A stretch of 64,000 bases of DNA from Polyangiaceae bacterium. GTDB lineage: Bacteria > Myxococcota_A > Polyangia > Polyangiales > Polyangiaceae. Position 1 is the stretch's first letter, and every line of letters begins with the position of its first letter. The stretch lies in the NCBI GenBank assembly GCA_050287085.1, contig JBNKBE010000003.1, forward strand, positions 303,350 to 367,349. The letters are read 5' to 3'. This document shows, in pieces, positions 20,038-28,857 of the stretch. Under the pieces are notes generated by a model that worked only from the letters and a program-made list of their open reading frames with translations, was not told the DNA's origin and did no database searches. The translations under genes were made by a program, and so were the position numbers.

Positions 20038-20127
20038 CGCTCTCGCGGCAGGCTCGCTGCGGCACTGGCGCTTGACGCCTTGAGCTGTCGTCAGTTGCTT
20101 GCTTCCCAGAGCGACCAACGCTAGTGC

Positions 20128-21366
20128 GTGAACATGGACTCGAATCCGCTCGACATCGTGTTCACCGGCTTTGGTGTGGTGAACCACCTAGGTCACGACG
20201 TAGAAGACGTAGCCACCCAATTGCGGGAAGGCCGGGGAAAGCCCTTTGCCCGTTGGCAGCCCGCCGTCGAATACGACGGACGTTGCCAGTTGCTCGGCCT
20301 GGTGGAAGCTGACCTGGGAAACAAGGCGCTCAACATCAGCGCCAGCCAAGGTCGCTTCCTGGGCCGTAGCGGACGGCTCGCCCTGCTCGCAGCGCGACAA
20401 GCGGTGGCGCAGTCTGGCTGTGATCCCACAGAGTTGGCGGTTCTCGCAGGCAGTGGCGTCGGCGACTGCGATATGTTCGACGAAATCGCCACCAAGCTAA
20501 GCAAGACGCATAGCATGCGAAAGGTTACGCCTGCTGCCGTTCCCAAGCTGATGGCCTCGACGGTCTCGGCCAACCTCGCCACAGTCTTCGGGGCACGAGG
20601 GCCTTCGTGCAGCGTCACTGCGGCCTGTGCCGGCGGCGCGTACAACATCACCCTCGGAGCGCTCCTGTTGCAGGCGGGCGCCGCCAAGGCTGCGCTCGTG
20701 GGCGGCGCCGAAGCAACTCATCTCAGCTTCTACTCCGGCTTTGACAGCATGCGCGCCTACAACGGAGACGACAACGAGCGGCCCGAACGCGCTTCCCGCC
20801 CCTACGCCAAAGACCGCGCCGGTTTCATCTTCGCCGAAGGCGCGGGCATGGCGGTCATCGAAACTCGGGCTTCAGCGCACTCGCGCGGAGCACGAATTCT
20901 GGGTGAGCTCCGCGGCTTCGGCATGTCATCGGACGGTACCGGAGACATGGTCGCGCCCAGCGCTGAAGGCGGTCTACGCGCCATGCAGGCTGCACTGCGA
21001 CACAGCCAGGTCGCCCCGGTGGATATTGGCTACGTCAACACCCACGGCACGTCGACCCCGCTGGGTGACATCAGCGAAGTGCGTGCCATGCGCTCGGCTC
21101 TCGAGGGCCGCCACGTGCCCTATTCCTCGATAAAGGGCTACACCGGGCACTCGGTGTCGGCCGCAGGCGCCATCGAGGCGATCTTCACCCTAAAGATGCT
21201 CAACGAAGGGTGGGTCGCTCCCTGCATCAACATCGACGAGCTCGATCCTGAGCTCACCGACTACCCGCCCGTCATCAGCCCCGGCCCCTTGGCAGCGGAA
21301 GTCGCTATGTCGAACTCGTTCGGCTTTGGTGGAACCAATATCACGCTCGTGCTGGGCAAGGCCTGA
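20128..21366 (+). CDS. fabB: Beta-ketoacyl-ACP synthase (FabB-like)
   Basis: Catalytic Cys in TAACAG, HGTST, KGYTGH and SNSFGFGGTN; MASTVSANLAT resembles FabB rather than FabF. Confidence 0.85.
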   Translation: MNMDSNPLDIVFTGFGVVNHLGHDVEDVATQLREGRGKPFARWQPAVEYDGRCQLLGLVEADLGNKALNISASQGRFLGRSGRLALLAARQAVAQSGCDPTELAVLAGSGVGDCDMFDEIATKLSKTHSMRKVTPAAVPKLMASTVSANLATVFGARGPSCSVTAACAGGAYNITLGALLLQAGAAKAALVGGAEATHLSFYSGFDSMRAYNGDDNERPERASRPYAKDRAGFIFAEGAGMAVIETRASAHSRGARILGELRGFGMSSDGTGDMVAPSAEGGLRAMQAALRHSQVAPVDIGYVNTHGTSTPLGDISEVRAMRSALEGRHVPYSSIKGYTGHSVSAAGAIEAIFTLKMLNEGWVAPCINIDELDPELTDYPPVISPGPLAAEVAMSNSFGFGGTNITLVLGKA

Positions 21367-22375
21367 GCAACAATTCCAAAGGCGCCCCGTTTCCCGTCTA
21401 TCAATTCGCCGCATCGCAGAGGCCACTTTTGACGAGTGGACGACGGCGTATGAGCAGAGTTCGGATGCCACCTTCTTTCAGGGGCCGACATGGCTCAACC
21501 TTTTCGCCAAGCACTCCGAGGTGGCCGCGCGGGCTCGCTGTGTCCGATTTGAGTGGCAAGACGGTCGGGTAGCCCTTCTGCCGTTTCTCCACACCTCGCC
21601 GCCGCTGGCGCAGTTGCGTGGAGGTGTCTATTGCTCTGCCGCCGACACGTACGGCGGACTGCTCGCGAGCGAGCCACTACCTTTGGAAAACGTCGTCCAG
21701 GTATGGCGATGGCTCTTGTCGCAGGCCGCCCAGGCGCGGGTGCGACCCAACCCGTTTTCTCCTTCACAGGTGGCGGCGTTGCTGGCGGCTCTTCCAGGAC
21801 GAGCTTATGGGGTCAGCTATTGTCCTGACGTCACCCACGCACTGCCTCTTTCTTCCCTTGCTGGCCCCATCTCTTCGCGTTTCCACGACAGTCACCGGCG
21901 TGCCACGAAGCGAGCGCGCAGGGCCGGGGTCAAGTGCTTTGCGAGTCGCTCCGCGAGCGCCCTCGAACGCTACTGGGAGCTCTACACCAAGGCGCGGAAG
22001 CGCTGGGGCACCAGCGCCGGCTCCCACTACTCACTCGCGTTGCTGCAAGACCTGGCCCAGGCCCCTGGCGCCACACTGTGGCTTGCAGAACACAACGGAC
22101 ACACGATTGCTGGCGCCCTCCTCTTGGCCAGTAGGACCCACGTCGCATATTGGCATGGCGCCACCGATCATGAAGCTTACCAGTATCGACCGCTCCACTT
22201 CCTGCTTGAAAGCGCGATCGAAAGCGCCCGCGCTGCCGGCCATCGCTATTTTGACTTCAACCCGAGTGGCGGACATATGGGGGTTCGGCGCTTCAAGGCC
22301 GGTTTCGGCGCGGATATCGTAAGCAGCCCGATGGCGGTCGTAGCGGCTCCCGCGCGGCGCTTGCTCCGCGGCTGA
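21326..22375 (+). CDS. GNAT / FemAB-like acetyltransferase
   Basis: ATFFQ..W, TYGG, RRATKRARRAGV, YWHGA and YFDFNPSGG..GVRRFK..FG. Start overlaps fabB. Confidence 0.82.
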   Translation: MVEPISRSCWARPEQQFQRRPVSRLSIRRIAEATFDEWTTAYEQSSDATFFQGPTWLNLFAKHSEVAARARCVRFEWQDGRVALLPFLHTSPPLAQLRGGVYCSAADTYGGLLASEPLPLENVVQVWRWLLSQAAQARVRPNPFSPSQVAALLAALPGRAYGVSYCPDVTHALPLSSLAGPISSRFHDSHRRATKRARRAGVKCFASRSASALERYWELYTKARKRWGTSAGSHYSLALLQDLAQAPGATLWLAEHNGHTIAGALLLASRTHVAYWHGATDHEAYQYRPLHFLLESAIESARAAGHRYFDFNPSGGHMGVRRFKAGFGADIVSSPMAVVAAPARRLLRG

Positions 22376-22419
22376 AGAAGACCCTCCGGGCTAACTGGAC
22401 GGAAGGAGTCGTAGTCGCC

Positions 22420-22998
22420 ATGCTTCGGAGACCGATGTTCAACTGGATGCAGACCTGGATGGAAGGCGGGCGCGCGCAGCTCGCCGAAGCGCGCCAGCGC
22501 GTTGAGCTGCGGCATCGCTTTCCGAGCACCGCTTTTGAACGAGGGGTGCGGATCAAGGGTCCCCTCGACCATCTGGACATCGGGGCTGGCTCTGTCGTTC
22601 AATGTGGCGCCGTCCTACACCTAGGAGGGGGCACCTGGTGTCAGCATACCGGAGCACTCCGACTCGGCGCCCGCGCAGTGCTGTCGCCGCACGTGGTGAT
22701 TTACGCGGCAGGGCCTGGAGGGGTCCACGTCGGAGACGACTTCGACTGCGGTCCGGGCGTTGGTATCTTCGCGTCGCGCTCGCGTCTTCCCGGCGAGGCA
22801 GCACCTCACTACTTCGCGCCCGTGGTCATAGGCAATCGCGTAACCCTCTTTGCCAACGCCGTGGTCAGCCCGGGCGTCACGATCGGGGACGGCGCCGTGA
22901 TCGCAGCCTGCGCCGTGGTCACCCGCGACGTTCCAGCTGGCGCCTTCGTAGGTGGCGCCCCTGCCCACGTGCTGCGAACAGGCAAGACGCCATCGTGA
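22420..22998 (+). CDS. Hexapeptide-repeat (left-handed beta-helix) acyltransferase
   Basis: PVVIGNRVTLFANAVVSPGVTIGDGAVIAACAVVTRDVP..VGGAPA. Confidence 0.88.
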   Translation: MLRRPMFNWMQTWMEGGRAQLAEARQRVELRHRFPSTAFERGVRIKGPLDHLDIGAGSVVQCGAVLHLGGGTWCQHTGALRLGARAVLSPHVVIYAAGPGGVHVGDDFDCGPGVGIFASRSRLPGEAAPHYFAPVVIGNRVTLFANAVVSPGVTIGDGAVIAACAVVTRDVPAGAFVGGAPAHVLRTGKTPS

Positions 22999-23355
22999 AC
23001 GGCGGGTCTCTATCCAGCTCCCGTGGCAGCGTCGCAAGCGGCATCTAGCGATCCAGCGCTGTCGCCCCCTAGCCCTGCGCTGCCGCTGCGGGCTCCCTCG
23101 GCCCTTGCATGAGACGCGGGGGCCCATCCGCGCTCTTCAGACCGGCGTGAAGAATGTCTGCGACGGGCCAGCTATGACCGTGCGCCCTTCCGGCGGGACG
23201 GGCCGCTTTTCGAGGCGGCGCGTCCACGGCTCCGCCAGTCGTACACGACGCCCACCCAATGCGTTATCATGCACTCGCTTCGCCGCCTAGGCGAGGACAT
23301 ACGGGCTCCAGACAGCAACGGCGCGACGCCGCGCTGCACAGGGGGTAATGGGTAC

Positions 23356-24024
23356 ATGGCAAGCTCAGCTCAAGCACGGAATTATGCGCTCCTTCTCGTA
23401 TTGTTTGTGTTCTCCCTCGGGGCCATCGTGGCATCTTTGCCCGGGGACTGGAATACCGTGGACGGCTCCAAACACGCTGCCAATGTCTCCGGTATCGCGG
23501 TGGGCATGCTGTCGCTGATCCTTGGCTTCAGCAGCTTTCTTCAGGCAACGGAGTTGAACGAAATCAAGTCCCAACAAGAAGAACGAAATCTCCATCTCAG
23601 AGCGATCGAAACACAACTGAAGCAGAGGCAGTTTGTAGATCCTGGAGTCAAGACACTGCTCGAACTCCACAAAGACTTCTGGGACGAGAGCCTCGCGGAG
23701 GCTAGGTCAGTGCTGACAGGGACCCAGGCCTACGAGGCGTCCGCGGCCTGGTTGAAGCGCGAAGACGCGGATACCGAATACACCCTCGAACACTCAACAA
23801 CGCTCGACAAGGTCGACAGACTTTGTTCGCTGGTTCTGCGTGCTTTGCACGTCGCTACTTCCGACAACGTTGGAGAGCGACGCGAAACATTCGCAGGCCT
23901 TGGCTTAACATGGTGGACCCATATTATCGTAAACGGAGAGCACCTACATCCGGCCTATGTCGAGCAGAACTGGAAAAGCATAGCGCGTCTCCACGACCTC
24001 CTGGGCGCGGCAGCCCCTCTTTAA
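23356..24024 (+). CDS. Hypothetical membrane protein (two N-terminal TMs)
   Basis: ATG at 23356; two hydrophobic helices, a short coiled coil and a helical domain; visibly more A/T-rich than its neighbours. Confidence 0.6.
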   Translation: MASSAQARNYALLLVLFVFSLGAIVASLPGDWNTVDGSKHAANVSGIAVGMLSLILGFSSFLQATELNEIKSQQEERNLHLRAIETQLKQRQFVDPGVKTLLELHKDFWDESLAEARSVLTGTQAYEASAAWLKREDADTEYTLEHSTTLDKVDRLCSLVLRALHVATSDNVGERRETFAGLGLTWWTHIIVNGEHLHPAYVEQNWKSIARLHDLLGAAAPL

Positions 24025-24055
24025 GCCGGCAGTTCCGGAAGAACTCGAAGCAGCG

Positions 24056-24736
24056 CTAGTCCAACCGAATTGGCACGTGTTTCTTTGGCTTCTTCACCCG
24101 TCGCCGGCGCTTGGGTTTCGGCTTATCGTCAACCAGCGTCGGCGCATACACGAGCACGTCGTCTTGCTCCGCAGCGACCAGAGTTGTATTGGGATTCACG
24201 GGTTTGACATAGCGGTGAGCGCTGGTATCGAGCGCTACGCCTATCCGTGCCGCCGGTGGGCGCCGGAGCAAGACATGCGCCACGCCGTACGCGTCGGTCT
24301 TAGCAACCTCCCGGCCGTCGACGGATATGCCTATGTCTGGGAATCCGGTCCGAACCAGCAGCACGTTGTCTCGCTCCGTCGGCGTGCAAACCAACGCTTC
24401 CTGAATCGGGGCGATCTTGCCCGTCTGCATGGACCGCACCTGAGTTAACACCACAACAAACTCGTTTTGAGATGTTGTGAACCCTTCGGGACAAGTGAGG
24501 CCCCCCTTGAGACGAGTGCCGTCCGGAGCCTGATGGGTGAAGAGCGCCGTTCCGTTAGCATCCGTAACGCCCTCGCTATGGTGCTCCAACGCAACGCGTA
24601 CACCCGTCAACGGCTGCCCGTCCGATGTCACTGTGATGGCGATTTGATGCTGGGGCACGGGCGGCTTTTCGCAGCCCAAGAGTCCCGCAAACGAGAGCCC
24701 CAGAATGCCAAGCCACCCCCCAAGGCGCGCTGTCAC
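24056..24736 (-). CDS. Hypothetical lipoprotein (beta-rich domains, basic tail), last gene of the Tad left operon
   Basis: Lipobox LLGC; two similar units (GVTDANGTA / AKTDAYGVA); KPKPKRRRRVKKPKK tail; 4-nt overlap with the upstream gene. Confidence 0.75.
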   Translation of the reverse strand: MTARLGGWLGILGLSFAGLLGCEKPPVPQHQIAITVTSDGQPLTGVRVALEHHSEGVTDANGTALFTHQAPDGTRLKGGLTCPEGFTTSQNEFVVVLTQVRSMQTGKIAPIQEALVCTPTERDNVLLVRTGFPDIGISVDGREVAKTDAYGVAHVLLRRPPAARIGVALDTSAHRYVKPVNPNTTLVAAEQDDVLVYAPTLVDDKPKPKRRRRVKKPKKHVPIRLD

Positions 24737-26223
24737 TGTTGCCCTCCCGCCGATACCTTGCTCGCGATTATTCTCGCCATGGCCGAAAGCGCGGGGTCCT
24801 GCGGGTATTCGGTCGCAAGCCTGCGGTAGCGCGTCAACGCCTTGTCGTAATCGCCGTTCAGATACGCCGCCGCCGCCTCGTCGGTATTGAGCACGACGGG
24901 CCCGTCTGCCGGGGCCGGCTCGGGGGTAGCCGTCTTGGTGTCCGAAGAGGAAGGCTTACCATCAAGAGCCTCCAGCGCCTCCCCCTCCTGAGCCGGCGTC
25001 GCCCCTGCGCTCGACGCACTGGGAGCCAAAGCCGACGCACTGGGAGCGGGAATAGCGGGACTATTAGCCTGGTCCGCAGCCGCAATTTGTTCACGAAGCG
25101 CCGGCGAGCTTGAGCCGGCACTGTCGCGCGATTCGAAAAGAAAAGTGGCGCCCAGAACAAGCAGCGCCACAACCGCCCCAAGGCCCAGAAATAGCGTTCG
25201 TGTGGGAACCCCCCCCTTGGCGTCTTTCGACTTGGCTCCTCGTCCCGAGCCCTTGAGCTTCTGCACGAGCTCCGGCGAAACGCCATCCGCCTCCATTGTC
25301 ATCAGGCCCCAATGCCCCCCCGCCTTACTGCTGTCGGACGAAACAGCCTGGATGGGTCCAGTTACGAGACCGCCGCCCGCTGGGGGTCGTCCCGATTCTG
25401 GGGTTGAGCCAGCCAGTGCCGCGGCCGGTCGCCGGGCAAAGTCCGAGGCCGACATTTCAACCGTCGCTCGGCCCCCGGTTGGAGCATGCGGTCGCAAGCT
25501 TGCCGGGATGCCGCTATCGCCGTCCGACTGGAGCCTTGCTCCGCTCTCGAGCTGAGCAGACGTCGCTCCGGGGCCAGCTTGTGCCACTTGCCAAGCTGAT
25601 GCGCTGAGCGGAGATGGCACCCCAACAGAAGAAACGGGATGAGCGTCGGTCACCCCAAGTCCAGCTGGCGCCCGCTCCCCGAAGCCCGCCGGCTGGGGCA
25701 GACCGGAAAGAGGCATGGCCGCCGTCGGTACCTCGGCCGCCGTGGGGCCCACTCCTCGAAAAGACGCGCTCGACCCGTCGGGAAGACTCCCGGGGCGCGA
25801 ACTCCAGGCGGCGGCGCCTGCCTGAGGGAGCTGAAGCGCGCTTGCCGCTCCTGAGTCCGCCGACGCAAGCGGAGGCTCCGCCGCCATATAATTTGCCCCT
25901 CCCGCCGTCGGGTCACCTGCGCGCCAATCCGGGCCCGCCGCGCCCAACTGCGTCCTTTGCAGAAGCTCCTGACGCGCCGGGCCCTGCGCTCGCTCTGAAC
26001 CCGGGTGGGACACATCCACCGGGGGCGCCATGACCATCGTGCCGAACGCACCTCTCGCGCTGGTCGGTGCCGGCCCGACGGGCATGCGACTCCCTTCCGG
26101 AGCGATTGCTTGGATAGGCGTCCCCATCACCTGGGTGCGCAGCAAGGCCTTGTTCGGGCTCGTCCCGGCACGGGGAGACGCCTCGCTTTCGGGTCGGCTT
26201 TCGGGTCGCTTTGGGTCGGTCAT
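24733..26223 (-). CDS. Pro/Ala-rich membrane protein with C-terminal TPR-like motif
   Basis: ATG at 26223 overlaps the CpaF stop (ATGA); long low-complexity region, TM LFLGLGAVVALLVLGATFLF, then AAAYLNGDYDKALTRYRRL. Confidence 0.75.
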   Translation of the reverse strand: MTDPKRPESRPESEASPRAGTSPNKALLRTQVMGTPIQAIAPEGSRMPVGPAPTSARGAFGTMVMAPPVDVSHPGSERAQGPARQELLQRTQLGAAGPDWRAGDPTAGGANYMAAEPPLASADSGAASALQLPQAGAAAWSSRPGSLPDGSSASFRGVGPTAAEVPTAAMPLSGLPQPAGFGERAPAGLGVTDAHPVSSVGVPSPLSASAWQVAQAGPGATSAQLESGARLQSDGDSGIPASLRPHAPTGGRATVEMSASDFARRPAAALAGSTPESGRPPAGGGLVTGPIQAVSSDSSKAGGHWGLMTMEADGVSPELVQKLKGSGRGAKSKDAKGGVPTRTLFLGLGAVVALLVLGATFLFESRDSAGSSSPALREQIAAADQANSPAIPAPSASALAPSASSAGATPAQEGEALEALDGKPSSSDTKTATPEPAPADGPVVLNTDEAAAAYLNGDYDKALTRYRRLATEYPQDPALSAMARIIASKVSAGGQQ

Positions 26224-27335
26224 GATTGCGCTCGTCGGATGGCGGCGTACATCGCGTCCGGCAAATCGTACCCTGCTGCCTGCAGAGCCGACAAGCATTC
26301 CGGCCGATTTCCAGTAGCTTCAAGTTGGCTTTCTTGAAGCGAGGTACCCCGCGTCCCGGTGTAGCGGCGAACGTACAAGTCGTTGAGAACGTAGCGGTTC
26401 CCCTCGTCGCAGCCGACCACTTCCGTGATGTGCGTCACGCCTCGAGAGCCATCCGCCAGACGCGCCACCTGCACGATCGCATTCACAGCGGAGGCAATCT
26501 GCGTCCGAAGGGCAGTGAGCGGCAGTTCGACGTTGCTCATCAACGCCATGGTCTCTAGCCGGCTGAGCGTATCCTTCGGATAGGTCGCGTGAACGGTGGA
26601 CAGACACCCACCGTGGCCTGAGGTCATCGCCTGCACTAACTCCAAGGCCTCACCTCCACGGATTTCGCCGACCACGATGCGATCCGGACGCATGCGCAGG
26701 GTGGCCTTGAATAGATCGCGAATGGTGATCTGCCCCCGCCCGCGGGGGTCTGGCGGGCGGGCTTCCAATTGCACAACGTGATTCTGCTGCAACTGAAGTT
26801 CGCGAGCGTCCTCGATCACCACAACGCGGTCCCCACTCGGAATGAACGAGGAAAGACAATTGAGCAGGCTGGTCTTGCCGGAGCCGGTTCCGCCGGCAAC
26901 AATGACGTTTTGTTTGGCGGCAACGATGGCCTGCATCACGGACGCCGCGTCGGACGTGACAGATCCAAACTGCAGCAGCTTATCGATCGTCAAAGTGTCT
27001 TTAGAGAAGCGCCGAATGGCCACGGACGGACCCTCTGGCGAGATGGGCGGAAGCAAAGCTTCGATGCGTGAGCCATCAGGAAGGCGCCCTTCCAAGATGG
27101 GGTGCAGCTCGTCCAAAGGACGCCCTACAAACTGGGCAATATTACGCAGCGCGCTCATCAGCTGCTCAACGGACTTGAAAGACGCCTCGGTCTTGTGAAT
27201 CTGCCCCTTGCGCTCGATGAAGATCTCGCTGGGTCCGTTGATCATCACCTCACTGACGCTCGGGTCGTCGAGAAATGGGATGATCGGGGCCAGAAAACCA
27301 CGAATCGACTCTTCGTAGACATTCTTCGGGATCAC
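26220..27335 (-). CDS. cpaF: CpaF/TadA-family ATPase, short second copy
   Basis: SEVMING, RLPDGSR, IRRF, GGTGSGKT, EDAREL, LRMRPDRIVVGEIRG and GHGG..TVHA. Confidence 0.93.
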   Translation of the reverse strand: MIPKNVYEESIRGFLAPIIPFLDDPSVSEVMINGPSEIFIERKGQIHKTEASFKSVEQLMSALRNIAQFVGRPLDELHPILEGRLPDGSRIEALLPPISPEGPSVAIRRFSKDTLTIDKLLQFGSVTSDAASVMQAIVAAKQNVIVAGGTGSGKTSLLNCLSSFIPSGDRVVVIEDARELQLQQNHVVQLEARPPDPRGRGQITIRDLFKATLRMRPDRIVVGEIRGGEALELVQAMTSGHGGCLSTVHATYPKDTLSRLETMALMSNVELPLTALRTQIASAVNAIVQVARLADGSRGVTHITEVVGCDEGNRYVLNDLYVRRYTGTRGTSLQESQLEATGNRPECLSALQAAGYDLPDAMYAAIRRAQS

Positions 27336-28027
27336 GGGCTTGTCTCCCCTTGGGGTGCCACGTCGGCAGCGGGAGGCGCAATAGCCTGCTCGTTTGAAGG
27401 CACAACGCTCGAGGATTGTCCTGTAGCCGCAGCTACCTCGCCGGATGCGGGATGCGCGGCAAGCCAGCGCCGGACCTCGCGTCCATGCTTGCCCGCGCTA
27501 TCCACCTGCAGATACCGTTCATAGTAGAGCCGCGTGGCCGCCGGATCAGCGCTCACCTGCCAGAGAGTCTTGCCGTATAGGAACAGGACCTGCGGAGCGT
27601 TGGGGTCGAGCTCCAATGCAAAACGCAGCTGCTCAAGCCCCCGGTCCGGTTGGCCAAGGCCGACGTAGAGTGAGCCAGCCAAAGCGCGCAGCGCGACATC
27701 GTCTGGCTCGACCTCCAACTCCCGAAGTGCGTAGTTTAACGCAGAGCGCAGACGCGAAGCCTCCAAACACACGCGCAGCAATTCCTCCAGCACTGCGCGG
27801 CGCGGATAGCCAGCCGTGCGTGCCGCATTGAAGTAGTGCTCCGCCTTCACGTTGTCTCCCGCCTGCGCATAGAGCTGGGCTGTCTGAAACAACTTTGTTG
27901 GATCCGCCTGCGCAACAGTGCTCGGCACTTTGGCTTCCTCGGATGAATGTCCACAGGACATCGCACCGGTCAGCATCACCACGCCCGCCACGCCCCAGAG
28001 GGAAGCACGTTGTCCCGAAAGCACCAC
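27332..28027 (-). CDS. TPR lipoprotein (TadD/pilotin-like)
   Basis: Lipobox-like AMSC, several TPR helices (ALELDPNA); located in the Tad operon. Confidence 0.7.
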   Translation of the reverse strand: MVLSGQRASLWGVAGVVMLTGAMSCGHSSEEAKVPSTVAQADPTKLFQTAQLYAQAGDNVKAEHYFNAARTAGYPRRAVLEELLRVCLEASRLRSALNYALRELEVEPDDVALRALAGSLYVGLGQPDRGLEQLRFALELDPNAPQVLFLYGKTLWQVSADPAATRLYYERYLQVDSAGKHGREVRRWLAAHPASGEVAAATGQSSSVVPSNEQAIAPPAADVAPQGETSP

Positions 28028-28857
28028 TATCGCCCCTTGAGCTGGTGCTCGATACGACTTCCCAAGCGCACGAGTTGATCTACCTCAGGCAGAGCTTCCC
28101 CATGCAGCAGCTTCAGAAGCTCACGAACGTTGTCCAAGGCGCGGGGCAAATCCTTGTTTTCTAGCGCCAATTCGAGACGCAGTCGCGCGGCCGTGATATC
28201 CGTTCGGACTCGCTCTTGCCAACGGATGCCGGCCTCAGCGGTACGTTTGGCGCCATCAGCGTCGCCCGCTTTGCCGTAACACGAGCTCGCTTCCGCCAAT
28301 AGACGTCCCGCAAGTACCCCGTCGTGCGGGTCAAAAACGTAGCGTTCCTGCTTTGCCGCTGCACCGCGCTCCGCCTCGTGAGCACGATGCAGCGGCTGAC
28401 CTTCGGCGGCTCCGCACGGAACCGGACCAAAAAGCTCGGGGATCTTGATCTCATTGGCGGCGCTACCGTCCACCTTCTCGGGCGCAAAGAAGGATAGGAC
28501 CATGATGGCAACGGCCGCCGCCGCCGCAACCAATATCACTGGAGATGGCCCCCCTTTGCCAACAACCGATTCAGTGCGTGCCACCGTAAACCGGTACGCA
28601 CCCACGAAGAAGTCGGCATCGTAGGGGATCAGGCCGCCGACAAAATCCTTGCCCTCATGCATCATCGGGGGCGCGCCGTGGGCAAGTCGCAACTTAACCC
28701 CATCGTCCATGGGCTTGACCGAGAAATGCTGACCCAACATCTGAGCGTCTTCGAAGCGAATGGCGCTGTCTGAACCGCTACCGATGATGGCGCGTTCGAC
28801 GATCTGAAATCGGCGTTCAGGCTCTCCAGCGCGCGAAGCCTTGAGGGTTGCTTTCAT
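28027..28857 (-). CDS. Membrane protein with degenerate FHA-like N-terminal domain
   Basis: IIGSGSDSAIRFED....QHFSV FHA-like pattern, central TM, helical C-terminal domain; start overlaps the tadC stop by 1 nt. Confidence 0.65.
   Translation of the reverse strand: MKATLKASRAGEPERRFQIVERAIIGSGSDSAIRFEDAQMLGQHFSVKPMDDGVKLRLAHGAPPMMHEGKDFVGGLIPYDADFFVGAYRFTVARTESVVGKGGPSPVILVAAAAAVAIMVLSFFAPEKVDGSAANEIKIPELFGPVPCGAAEGQPLHRAHEAERGAAAKQERYVFDPHDGVLAGRLLAEASSCYGKAGDADGAKRTAEAGIRWQERVRTDITAARLRLELALENKDLPRALDNVRELLKLLHGEALPEVDQLVRLGSRIEHQLKGR

Noticed and set aside
20128..21366. Type II PKS cluster
   Set aside because: No chain-length factor, ACP or cyclase; the sequence is FabB-like.
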